Assembly: GCA_016748015.1 (NCBI GenBank)
Contig: JAAOMT010000514.1
Span: forward strand, 418,924-482,923
DNA length: 64,000 bases
Direction of reading: 5' to 3'
DNA from: Geosiphon pyriformis uo1
Lineage: Eukaryota > Fungi > Glomeromycota
The notes under the pieces were generated by a model, which worked only from the letters and a program-made list of their open reading frames with translations, made no database searches and was not told the DNA's origin. Shown here piece by piece: positions 37,940 to 49,800 of this stretch. Every line of letters starts with the position of its first letter. Position 1 is the first letter of the stretch. Made by a program: the position numbers and the translations under genes.

Positions 37940-39330
37940 TAAGTGTTCAAGTTTGGTTGTTGTTCTATTATGACTATTGGTTCTAAATTTCGGTGAATAT
38001 CTTCAGGATTAATTAAAAGGGAATGTATACCAATTTGTGGAATTAATGATTCAGAATTGTTTCTGGAATGATAGTGTTTCAATCTATCTCCATGTGCAAC
38101 TTTTGCTAGTACTTTGTTATCAAGTCTTAACTTATATGATTCATTGCCTAGAATTTCGTGAATATAAAATAGTCTATCCCATTTGTTTTCAAATTTTCCA
38201 TTCTATTGTTTTTCAGTCTTAGTTCTGTGTAAGAAAACTTTATTTCCAACTTTAAATTCGTTGGTTATGGGTGGTAATTTGTTGTTATGTCTTTCTTTTT
38301 GTTGAGCTTGAGAATATTCAATATGAGTTGCTGCTATCTTTCTTTTTTCTTCCAGTGTACAAAGAAGAGTATAGGCCCTTTTTTGGAGTGTTTCTTGAAA
38401 GTTTTTTTCATTAATTAGTTGCACAGGATATGTTTCCACTGTGAAATTAATTGGTAATGTTGCTGTCCTTTCATAAGTTAAATCAAATAGTGTGTGTTTC
38501 GTAGTATCTTGTTTTAGTGTTCTGTATGCTAGTAATACTGATGGAATAAAGATATCCCATTCTTGCTCAAAATCTGTTGAGACTTTGGCTAAAGATTCAC
38601 ACAATGTTCTGTTGAAACATTCTACAAATCCATTTGTTTGGAGATAATAAGGTAATGATAAAGGTTTTTTGACATTGAATTGTTCACAAATTTCTTGTAT
38701 CAAGTTGTTCACAAAATGTGTTTCTTGATCAAATAAGAGTTCAATTGGGCATCCATGTCTACAAATAATGTCTTCATAGATGAAATTTGCTACTGATTTT
38801 GCATCTGCTCTTTGGATGGCTCTAGCTTCAGGCCATTTGGTAAGATAATCTACTGCAACTACAATATAACAATTTCCTTGGGTTGTAATAGGTAATGGTC
38901 CGACTAAATCAATTTCAACTCTGTCAAAAGGTTGTTCAACTTTGATTGGATTCAAAGATTCTGTGGGGCAAGTTCCTCCTTTTCTTTGACAACTATTACA
39001 AGATTCTACGTATTGTCAAATGTTTTTTTGTATTTGAGGCCAAAAATAATGTTCAAGTGTTTTTTGAATTGTTCCATCTCTTCCCAAGTGTGCTGAAAAA
39101 GGATCTGTGTATATGTTATATAGAATTGTTTTTTTTTCATTTTCTTGTATTAATCAGAGTAATTGGTTTGGGTTTTTGCAATTTTTGAAATAGATTTTGT
39201 TGTGGTGTATGAAATATTGTTTTGACTGGTGTTGTAAATGATGTTTTTCACTTGGAGACCAATTTTCTGGCATGGTAAAAGTCTCTAAATAGTTTTTAAG
39301 ATTACTGTAGTTTCTGGGATCTATTATTGG
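37940..39330 (-). pseudogene. int: C2 integrase
   Basis: ORF 38203-38955 (EIDLVGPL...DYLTKWPEA...LFDQETHF...TNGFVECFNRTL); HHCC region upstream. Confidence 0.93.
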
Positions 39331-39381
39331 TTGGTTATTTTGTTAGTAGGTTGGTAAGTTGTGGTAAAATTTTTGTTGGTG

Positions 39382-40680
39382 TTAATCTTGTCTCATTCTT
39401 GAGAGGCTATCAATATTGGTGTGTAGTTTTCCTGGTTTGTGATGTACAATGTATCTGTAGTCTGCTAGGAAGTCATTCCATTGAGACTGTTTGGCATTTT
39501 GTTTAGTTTTCTTTTTATTGAGCCATTTGAGACCAATATTGTCTGTTATAATGTCAAATTCTTTTCCATTTTTTAGATATTGTTGAAAATGTTTAAAAGC
39601 CCAAATGACTGCAGCCACTTTTAATTCAGTTAAGCCATATTTGAGTTCTATTAGCTTGAGTGTTTTGTTGGCATAGGCAATGACTTGTTCTTGGCCATTT
39701 TTATCTAATTGTGATAAGATGGCACCAAAAACTATGTGTGAAGCATCAGTGGCTAATTAGAACCGTTTGTTGAAGTCTGGGTAGGCAAGAACTGAAGCTG
39801 TTGTCAATTTTGTTTTGAGGGTTTCAAAAGCTTTTTGTTGTTCTTCTGTCCATTTGTATGGTACATTTTTGTTGGTGAAATAATTGAGTGGTTTGGCAAT
39901 TTCTGAGAATCTTTTGATGAATTTCCGATAATAGGAGGCTAATCCTACAAATCTTCGTAACTCTATGGTATTTTTGGGAGTTTAGAAGTTTTTGACAGCA
40001 CTGATTGTTTTAGTGTTTGGTTTGACTCTATCTTTGCTCACAATGTGTCCAAGAAAGATTAAGCTTGTTTTTCCAAAGTGATATTTCTCAATATTTAATT
40101 TTAATCCTGCTTTCCGTAATTATTGAAAAACTTCTCACAGATGAATGAAGTGGGCTTCAAAGCTTGGTGAGTATATATCAGTGTTATTAAAATAGACAAC
40201 TACTGATTGCTACAGGAATCCTTCATATACAACATCCATGAGTCATTGAAATGTTGCTGGTGCATTGCAGAGTCTAAAAGGCATAACATTGAATTTATAT
40301 TTTCCTCCTTGGGTGGTAAATGCTGTTTTGGGTCTATCTTTTGGGTCCATTTCGACTTGCCAGTATCCACTTTCCAAGTCTAAAGTTGAGAAGAACTTGG
40401 TTTTTCTTAGAGCATCTAGCATGTTATCAATTCTTGAAAGAGAGTAGGCATCTCCAATTATCATACTGTTCAATTGGCGATAGTCAACACAAAATCTGAT
40501 TTTTCCATTTTTCTTTTTGACAAAGACTACTGGTGAGGCCCAAGGACTTCTTGAGGGCTAAATCAATCTATTATTGAGCATTTTCTGGATTTCTTCTTTG
40601 ATGAATTGGTGGCTGACAGGTGGCACTCTGTAAGCTTGCTGATATTTTGGTGGAGCATCTTCTGTATGGATCTGATGTTG
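39382..40680 (-). pseudogene. pol: C2 RT and RNase H
   Basis: ORFs 40243-40473 (FSTLDLESGYWQV...VMPFRLCNAPATFQ) and 39382-39618 (IITDNIGLKWL...HKPGKLHTNIDSLSR); IATDAS motif. Confidence 0.93.
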
Positions 40681-41826
40681 AACAATATTCATTTTTTCCA
40701 GGTCATTGTTGTCTTTTGCAAATATATCTGCAAATTCAGCTATCAATTGTTTCAATTGTCTTTGTTGTTGAGGTTCTAAGGGACCCATGTTGATTTGAGA
40801 AAGTTTTTCTTCCAAAAAGTGGTAGTTATCAATGGTGAAAATGATATTTGGATTTGGGAGTAAAGTGTGCCTTACAATTTCGATGAAATTAGAGACAATT
40901 TGGGGGTTTTCATTTTGCAAGATATTGCTGTGTATGATTCCAATTTCTAATTTGTTTAATAAGACAATAGGGTAATTATTGGGGTTGTAGAATATAACTC
41001 GAAATTTTTTCATTTCTTTGGGAATATAAATGTTTGGAATTGAGATTTTATGCTTCAAACAGATTTGTTCATTGGATTCAAAGATTTGTTGGGTAGTAGT
41101 GGGTTTTGAGCAAGTGTAAATTTTGTGATGTTCTCTAAAAGATGAAATGGTAATTGGTTGGGGAAGTTGAAGAATCTGGTGAGATTCATTTTGTATTTTA
41201 AGAGCTATGTTTACTAGAACTGTAAATCGTCCAGTTGAACCAAAACCTTGCATTCCTCTTTCACTTTTTCCCAATTGTTCTCTGTTGTTAACTGATTGTA
41301 GATCCGAAATATTGATTAAGGGTAGGTAAATTGCTTGAGCAATTTTTTTAGCATGTTCAATCTTGAATGGTTTGTCTGTTTTATTCTGCAATATGATGGT
41401 AATGTCTTCAATATATCCTGCATTTATAACTCCTCTTTTAACTTTGATTCCTTTGCTTGCCAATGATGATCTGGATGCAATTTGAACCATTGCTCCAAGT
41501 GGAATTTCAAAAGCAATTTTGATTTTTGTTAAGGATTTTGGTTGGAAAACCAAAGTATCTTTTTCTGGATATCTAAGGTTATATCCAGCATCAATTTCGT
41601 GTGCTTTTTCTGGTCTGATTTCTTGGCCATAGTTGTCAAAATATTTAAGTTGTAGAGATAGTTGCTTTTCAAGAAGATAGATGGGGGTGATTGGTAGTTC
41701 TTCTACCAGTTCAGATACTCCAAATTCGATTTCATTTTCATTATTTTCCTCTGGCAGGAGAATGCTAAGAGCATAGCATTCTAGACACCATTTGTTATCA
41801 CAAGACATGATGTATTTTTTACACAA
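40558..41826 (-). pseudogene. dut: C2 pol segment containing a well-preserved trimeric dUTPase (~41225-41640)
   Basis: All five motifs: DAGYNL, RSSLA, GVINAGYIEDI, KIAQAI, RGMQGFGSTG. In frame with the pre-RT linker (FADIFAK...HQIHT). Confidence 0.92.
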
Positions 41827-44416
41827 TTGAATGTTTATTTGCTCTAATCGTTGAATTTAAGCTTCTTAAGTTGAGTATGTGTGGCTTGTAATTTGGTGGT
41901 AGGTTTCTACTTCATCTTCATAATCAAATCCAGCTAATTCCATGGTATACTAATGTATTTAGCTTTTTTCATTTGGTGGACATCTTCTTGGATGGCTTTA
42001 TTGATCAATGCCATTGCTAGGTCAAAAATCATTTCAGCATCATGAGGGTAGTGGTAAAGTTTATTGAAAACACTGTTGTATACTGTATCAAATGATGTTC
42101 TTTTTCTGACTTTTTCCGAAATTGATAGAGCATATTGACAGGTTTGATCACATACTCCTCCTCTTATTGCAACATCAATCCAGTTGTATTCTTCTAATAA
42201 CATATCTCCACATGTAAGACAAGGTGTGTTGTCTCATTTTCCACTTCTTTTTGGAGATCCAAATCATTCTCTATGGCATGCTTTGCAAAAGTAACAGATA
42301 TGAGTTTCATATTCCTCTTCTGGAAAAATACATGCTCCCATTGATGAAAGTTTCTTGTTGCAATCTTTGCATTTGAGTGGAATATAGGGTGGTTGTTTTT
42401 GTGGTTCTGATGTAGAATATCTAACTTTCTTTCATTCTCTTGATTCTTAAAAAATCTTTTGTTCTGTTTCTTCAGCCCAATTGGATGTTGATCCAAGAGC
42501 CATGTAGGTTTCAGTAAGTAGCATTTCTTTTTCTTCTTCAAATTTAAATACTGGGGCTTTTTCTGATCGTTTGTTAAAAGTACTACAAGTAGCAGATATT
42601 ATGGTGTATTGTCTTTGGTATAAGATTTTTAGTTTCTGAGTTTTTCAGTCCAAGTTTGCATTGGTCTTAAGAAGCCAATCATTTCTGATCAGAGCTTAGT
42701 ATTAGGATACATCTATGACTAGAACTTTGACTGGAATGGTAATTCCATCAATAGTAAATGGAAAATTGTCAATTTCTCTTACTGGTGTTTTTTTCATACC
42801 ATCTGCTATAACAATTACAGTTTGGGCTGGTCTGTCAACAGTTCTTTAAAGCTGTTGTATTAACTAATAAGTGATAATACTTCCAGCTGATCCACTGTCT
42901 AGAATTAGTTGGAGGAGTTTTTCTTCTACTGTAACTTCAGTGTACATGGCAGTAATAACTTTTTGTTCATTAGCTGCTGCATTACTAAGCAAGAATAGTG
43001 ATTCATTGGCTTCAAATTCGAATAAAAAGATATTTGAAAGGTTGGCATTTTAGGCAATTTGAGCTGGTGGAATGGTATTGTTGGAAGAATTTGATCTTGG
43101 TGCTGCAACTTCACCTTCAGAAAGTGCAGATTGTTGAAAATCCGATTCCTCTGGTATTGTAAGATAACTGGGTTGAGTGTGATAGTAATTGGGTTTTTGC
43201 TGACCAGAATTTTGGGGAACCAACTGGTTATTTGGATTGATTCTGTTGTTGTTATTCTGAAATTGATTTTAGAGTGTGAATTGGTTATGTTGAACCAATC
43301 TTTTTGCTGGTACTTGATATTGTTGAGTGGGTGGTGTCTGATATGGCTGAATTGGTAAAGGTTGCTGATATTGTTGTTGCATTGGTTGTAGAGCTGGTTG
43401 ATAGTAACTGTTTTGATTTTGTGGTCTTGGTGAATAATAGGTTGATGGTGAAGATTGGTAATAAGATTGTTGTGGTGAAGAGTAACATTAATTACTCCTG
43501 TTTTGTTGGTCTCTTTGTAATTTTCTACAATTTCATTTTCAGTGTCCTAGAATTCCACAATAATGACAATTTTGAGGTTGGTTGTTGAATGGTAATCCAA
43601 AATTGTTTTGATTGCATCATTGTGGGGGTTGATATCTTTGTGGTTGTTGTTGCTGTTGTTGTTGGTTTGTGAAGTAGCTTTTAACCTTCTTTGTGAGTTG
43701 GTCTATTTTTTTTTCAGCTGTTAAACTGGTTTCTCCAATAGCTAGGTTGATGAGTTTGGTGTGGTTTGCTTCTTTTATAGCCATTTCATAGTTCTTTACA
43801 TGTCTGATGGCAGTTGCTAAGTCTGCTGGTGCATGTGGACAGACTTTCTTAATCAATTTGTCTTTTAATCCTGCTATAAACTGATTCAGAATCTGAGTAT
43901 TAGAATAGTAGTTATTGGTTTTCAATTGTTAAATTCGTCAAAGAAGTTTGTTGAATCTTCCAAGATAGGTCATGACAGTTTCAGATGTTTCTTGTTTGAT
44001 ATTGTGAAAGTAATTGCAAAGAGTAATAGAGGTGTTGTTGTCAGTAAATTGTTGTAAGAAAACATCTTTGAATGCTTGCCAGTTCTCAAATGATTCTTCT
44101 AAATTTTCAAACCATTCTCCTGCTGTTCCTTGGAGAAAGTAGAGAATTGCTTTGAGCATTCTTGCTGCAATCCAACTATTTGCATCTTCTGCTTTTTGAA
44201 CTTTGTCAAGCCATTCCTGAGAACTGGTATCATTGTCTTTACTAATGAATTCTGGGATTTTTGCAATGTAAGCAGTTGCCATTTCTTCTTTATTTTCTGT
44301 AATTTTTTCTGGTTCTGATTCAGTTTCTTTACTTTCCAAGCTTTCTGAATGATTACTTTCGTTTTCTTGTAAGTAATCAATGATATTGACACTTGTTGAT
44401 ATTGGTTTTTGCTGTT
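41740..44416 (-). pseudogene. gag-pol: C2 gag (CCHC), protease and Cys-rich linker
   Basis: ORFs 43938-44339 and 43617-43925 (EWLDKV...AGEWF...QFIAGL). CHYCGILGHxKxNC at ~43527-43567. LILDSGSAGS at ~42880-42910. CKDCNKK/CKAC/CLTC/CDQTCQY block. Confidence 0.9.
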
Positions 44417-45222
44417 NNNNNNNNNNNNNNNNNNNNNNNNNNNNNNNNNNNNNNNNNNNNNNNNNNNNNNNNNNNNNNNNNNNNNNNNNNNNNNNNNNNN
44501 NNNNNNNNNNNNNNNNNNNNNNNNNNNNNNNNNNNNNNNNNNNNNNNNNNNNNNNNNNNNNNNNNNNNNNNNNNNNNNNNNNNNNNNNNNNNNNNNNNNN
44601 NNNNNNNNNNNNNNNNNNNNNNNNNNNNNNNNNNNNNNNNNNNNNNNNNNNNNNNNNNNNNNNNNNNNNNNNNNNNNNNNNNNNNNNNNNNNNNNNNNNN
44701 NNNNNNNNNNNNNNNNNNNNNNNNNNNNNNNNNNNNNNNNNNNNNNNNNNNNNNNNNNNNNNNNNNNNNNNNNNNNNNNNNNNNNNNNNNNNNNNNNNNN
44801 NNNNNNNNNNNNNNNNNNNNNNNNNNNNNNNNNNNNNNNNNNNNNNNNNNNNNNNNNNNNNNNNNNNNNNNNNNNNNNNNNNNNNNNNNNNNNNNNNNNN
44901 NNNNNNNNNNNNNNNNNNNNNNNNNNNNNNNNNNNNNNNNNNNNNNNNNNNNNNNNNNNNNNNNNNNNNNNNNNNNNNNNNNNNNNNNNNNNNNNNNNNN
45001 NNNNNNNNNNNNNNNNNNNNNNNNNNNNNNNNNNNNNNNNNNNNNNNNNNNNNNNNNNNNNNNNNNNNNNNNNNNNNNNNNNNNNNNNNNNNNNNNNNNN
45101 NNNNNNNNNNNNNNNNNNNNNNNNNNNNNNNNNNNNNNNNNNNNNNNNNNNNNNNNNNNNNNNNNNNNNNNNNNNNNNNNNNNNNNNNNNNNNNNNNNNN
45201 NNNNNNNNNNNNNNNNNNNNNN
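44417..45222. other. Assembly gap (806 N)
   Basis: Run of N covering the C2 gag N-terminus, PBS and most of the 5' LTR. Confidence 1.
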
Positions 45223-46112
45223 GAACTAAAGATACATTTCGGCGAATTTACAAGTTATTTCACTGAACTATTGATTATTTCGGCAAATTTTCATTAATTT
45301 CGGCAAATTTTGACTATGTTAAATGGTTCAAAGTTATTGTGTAATTTGATCATCTTAATTTCTAGAGTACAAATCGGATTATTGATTGAGTAATGATATT
45401 TGATAATTTGGCTAATTTAATAAGTAATAATCGAAATGATAATAATATGCTAATTAATAATAGGAATTATGAAGATAATTTCGTGCTAATTAATAGCTAA
45501 AATTCCACTGGTAACAGCACCAAACATTACCATTTCCATTACCCACCAAGCTTATCCATAACAGCAAGATCAGTCTCATAAAATATCTCAGTTGCTATTC
45601 TTTTCAAAAGATAACTGGAAAATTTGAAGATAGAGGGATAGTCCATACTGGCAACAAATAATCACACTTGGTATAATTCTATGCTTTATGTTGGCACTCT
45701 TAGAATTCAATATCAAGTATCAGATGTGCTCTTTAGTCACATTTTATTCAATAATCTTCAAATGCTACACTTATACGTTTCAGAAAAAGGGTAAGAAATA
45801 ACCAACAGGTAATCTTTTATTCCAAGATATTCGGATACTTAAAAGTAGGAAAAGGGAAATTAATAATAAGAAAATGATTGAGATGAAAGTTGTTATTTTA
45901 TTTATTTTTGATTATTTTGAACATGCTTTTCTATAGCTAAGAAATTCATTACTTATATAGCTGTCAAAAGTGGTCAATGATTAGGTCAATGACTAAGTCA
46001 ATGATTAGGTTATTGATCAGATTAATGATTATGTCAATAATCAGATCAATAATCACTATTTAAAAATAGAGTGGCTAATTTATATAACATCAGTGGCTAA
46101 TACATGTGATAA

Positions 46113-46768
46113 TTAATAAGAAGTATAAGTTTCAACCATAACATTATCCTCTCCAAAGAAATTGAGCTTCAGCAAAATCAAGCTATTCATGAGATAATCT
46201 ATTTAAAGGGTTTTATCTAACTCAAAGCTAACTAGTTTGTTGAAGTCTTTTGTGGATAAGGTATATAATACTTGAGGTAAAATAAGTTTTGTATCCAAGA
46301 AACCAAATCTTTGTATTAGAGTTTTGGCTCTTTTAGCAATAGTTAAAACTTTTGAGACATCTAATCATATAATGCCCAAATTTCTGCCTGTATTTTTGAA
46401 GTTGTTTTCTTCATGAGTTTTATATCCTTTATGATTTCACCAAAGCGACCATAGAGTTTTAATTGCCTTCTATATGACAAGTTTTTGTCTATAAGTAAGA
46501 TTTCTTGGAGTGTTTTTCTAATTGTGTTGGAAGGTAGAAGTATAGTTGCTGTTATACTTTCGAACAGATATTTATTTATTTTACTACCAATTCTTTTTCT
46601 TCTAGTAGTAGTTTTTTTTGGTCTAATAACAGTGTGTGTTCCACTGTTATCAGTTATGGTGATTTGTTTTCCAATAGTCAGAGTAGCATTTGGATAGTTT
46701 TTGATCCAATATTCATGGAGAATATAGAAGACATTTTGAATGTTTTGATCCAGAAAATAATTGTTCAT
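46113..46768 (-). pseudogene. A3 extra ORF3 (1-nt frameshift near 46380)
   Basis: ORF 46361-46864 contains MNNYFLDQNIQNVF...RPKKTTTRRKRIG; the remainder matches A2 ORF3. Confidence 0.85.
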
Positions 46769-46829
46769 GTTGATTGAAGATACTTCTGTTTTGAGAATAG
46801 TGCATTTATTTATACTTAATTTTTGCTGA

Positions 46830-49800
46830 TTATTTGAGTCAATATTATTACAACAGACAGCCAATCAGGTTGTTTATGATATTTTTTGAGTCATGTATCA
46901 TAAACAGAACAATTATTGAAGATTGTTTCAGATTGATCTTAAAGAATATAAAAACCATTGTTCAAAACTTTGTTGACTATAAAAAATCCTTTCTACCAGC
47001 TAAAAAATTTATCACCATAGACATTGTCTCTGTCTAAACAATATTCTAATACCAAGTTACCAATACTTAAAGAAAGTGTTTTATAGGTTTTCTTTCTTTT
47101 AAGCTTTTCTTGGAATTGTTTTATCTTTTCAAAAACAATTATTTGTGCTTCTACTAAGAAATCAAGAATGGTACCAAGTCTTCTTTGCAAAATGTTTTTG
47201 TAATTTTCTATTGTGATTTCTTCAAAGAATATTGTTTTAATGTCAGTTTTTATTGGTAGTGTTGCCATGCATTCATAGAGCAGATAGAAAGATTCATAAC
47301 TTGTAATGTTATGATTCACTGTTCTATAAGCAAACAAAGCTGAAAGCAGTACTTTGTTTCATAAGTTTATTTCTTTACTGGTTTTGGCTAGGGTTTTACA
47401 TAGTGTTTTATTGAAATGTTCCACTAGGCCATTTGTTTGGGAGTGGTAAGAAGAGGAAAGTTTGTGACATATTCCCATTTTTCTGCAAAGTTCTTCAACC
47501 AGTGTGCTAAGAAAAGCTCTTCCTCTATTAGATAAAAGCTCTTTGGGGCAGCCATAACAGCAAATGATATCTTCATAAATGAAATTGGCTATTGAGACTG
47601 CTGTTTGATCTGGAATGGTTTTTGCTTCTATCCATTTTGTAAGATAGTCAGTAGCTGTAATAATGTATCTGTTGCCATTAGGAGTTATTATTAAAAGTCT
47701 AATAACATCTATACCAATTCTGTCAAATAGTTGACCAACAGAGATTGGATGGATATCTTTTTTGTGATTGGGTTTGCTTCTTTTTTGGCAGATGTTACAG
47801 GTTTTGATGTATTCAGCAATGTCTTTTCTTAAGGTAGGCCAATAATAGCAAGCTAAAGTTTTCTGAATTGTCTTTGTTTTTTCAAAGTGTCTAGCTAATG
47901 AGTTAGTGTGTATGTTGTATATTACAATTTCTCTTTCTTTAAATATAATAACTCTCTGGAGGTGGTTAGGATCTTTTTTATTTCTTTTATATAATTGGTT
48001 CTGGTGAATTAAATAAAAATTTGATTGTTTGTGCAAATGTTCTCTTTGCTGTCAAGTGTATTCCAGTGGGTATTGTCCTTTATCCAAAAATTCTATTAAG
48101 GCAGAGTAGTTGTCCAAGTCCATTATCATGTTTGTTTATGAAGGAGTTACTAATAATTAAGTTGGTTTGGTTTGAGAGGTTGTACTATAACTGGATGGTA
48201 AGTCTAGAAAGAGCGTTAGTGTTTTGATGATTTGCTCCTTTACAGTATTGAATATCATAGTCAAATTCATCCAAGTGGAGTATTCAGCAAGTTATTTGTT
48301 TGTGTTCCAGCTTTTTTTTATTGCACAGCCAAACCAAGACTTAATGATCTGTTACCACTAAGAATTTTGCACCAAAAAGATATTGATCCCAGTAACTAGT
48401 AGCTCAAACTACTGCTAAACATTCTTGTTCAGTAATTGAATAGTTCTTTTCTGCTGGTATAAAAGATTTACTGGCATATGCTATGACATGTTTTCTGTCA
48501 TTTTCATTTTTCTGTAAAAGAACAGCACCAAGTCCATAGCCAGATGTATCAGTGTAAAAAATAAAAAGTTGGTCCAGATCAGGTTGTTTGAGAATTGGTT
48601 CAGTAACAAGTTTTTCCTTCAGAATTTCAAAAGCTTTTTGTTGATAAGTGCTCCAGTGATAATTGACATTTTTCTTGAGTAATTGATTGAGAGGAAAGGC
48701 AATTTTAGAGAAATCCTTAATAAATTTGCAATAATAAGAAACCAAACCAAGGAAAGAACATAGTTCAGAAACATTTATTGGTTGTCTAATATTTTGAACT
48801 TTTTCAACTTTAGCTGGGTTAAGAAAGATTTCATCTTTTGTAATAAGATAACCAAGAAACTAAGTGGATTGGTGTTCAAAAAAAGATTTGATTGGATTGA
48901 TCTTGAGGCCAGCATTTCTGAGCAGATCAAAAACCTTCTGTAAATGTTCAAGGTGTTCATTCCAGGTTTTTGAATATACCATTATGTTATCCAAATAAAC
49001 CAAAACAAAGTTTTTTTTTACTGATTTAAACACTTTATCCATTAGGCATTGAAAGGTGGAAAGAGCATTGGTGAAACCAAAAGGCATGACTGTAAATTCA
49101 TAGGTGCCATACTTGGTAATGAAAGCAGTTTTCTTTCTGCTTTTTGGATCCATCTCTACTTGCCAAAATCCAGCAGTTAAATCAATAGTTGAGAAGAAAG
49201 CAGCACCATTGAATTTATCTAGCATTGCATCAATTTTGGGAAGTGAGTACATGTCTTTTATAGTAATGATATTTAGTTGGCAGTAGTCAATACAGAAACA
49301 TAGGATTCCACTTTTCTTGAATACTACTACAACTAAAAAAGCCTATTCACTCTTGGTTTTTTGTATAAATTCAAGCTCTTTTATTCTGTTTATCTCTTTC
49401 TTGATAAACCCATTATTGTGTTGATTGGATTGATAAGGCTTCAAATAGATAGAACAAGTTTTTTTTGTGATGATGATGTGTTGTATTACATAAGTTCATC
49501 AAGAATGTTACCTTCTTTTGAAATAACTGGACTATTTCTAGCCAACAGATTTTCAATGTCTATTTTTCTTTCTTTAGGAGAAAGTTTTCTTTGTTCTACA
49601 ACTAGTGATTGGATTTCAGATGATTCATTTTCAAAGAACTTTTGTACTTCTTTAAGTTCTTCTTAAGGTATCAAGCTAATTGGTTTTCAATCTTTGTAAT
49701 AGATCAGACAGGATTTGCATTCATCACTTGGTGAATACAAAGATTTATTATACCAGCACTGTGCACAAGGGCCATGCCATTAATAATTGTATTTGGCTTT

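Larger units (their letters stand above)
36129..45516 (-). mobile_element. Element C2 (family C, dUTPase + intact ORF3), inserted in solo-D; 5' part spans the assembly gap
   Basis: Perfect TSD GCAC (36125-36128 and 45517-45520); 3' LTR 36129-37097; visible 5' LTR end 45223-45516. Confidence 0.95.
35131..45563 (+). mobile_element. Solo LTR of family D (35131-36128 + 45517-45563, ~1041 bp) inserted in the A3 3' LTR
   Basis: TGTTACCCAAG...ATCCATAACA. Flanks ATAA/GCAA at a site reading GCGA in the A2 LTRs. Homologous to the D0 LTR. Internal ATAACACAGA/ATAAT short repeats at 35180-35330. Confidence 0.85.

Noticed and set aside
37940-38200. Chromodomain at the integrase C-terminus
   Set aside because: After the GPY/F-like segment the frame ends in a short tail without recognisable chromodomain motifs in A, B or C.
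40558-41826. Stand-alone host or viral dUTPase gene
   Set aside because: In frame with pol linkers, at the same position in B, C and D, and within TSD-bounded elements.
44380-45297. Long plus-strand ORFs of 278-305 aa
   Set aside because: Artefacts of the N gap.
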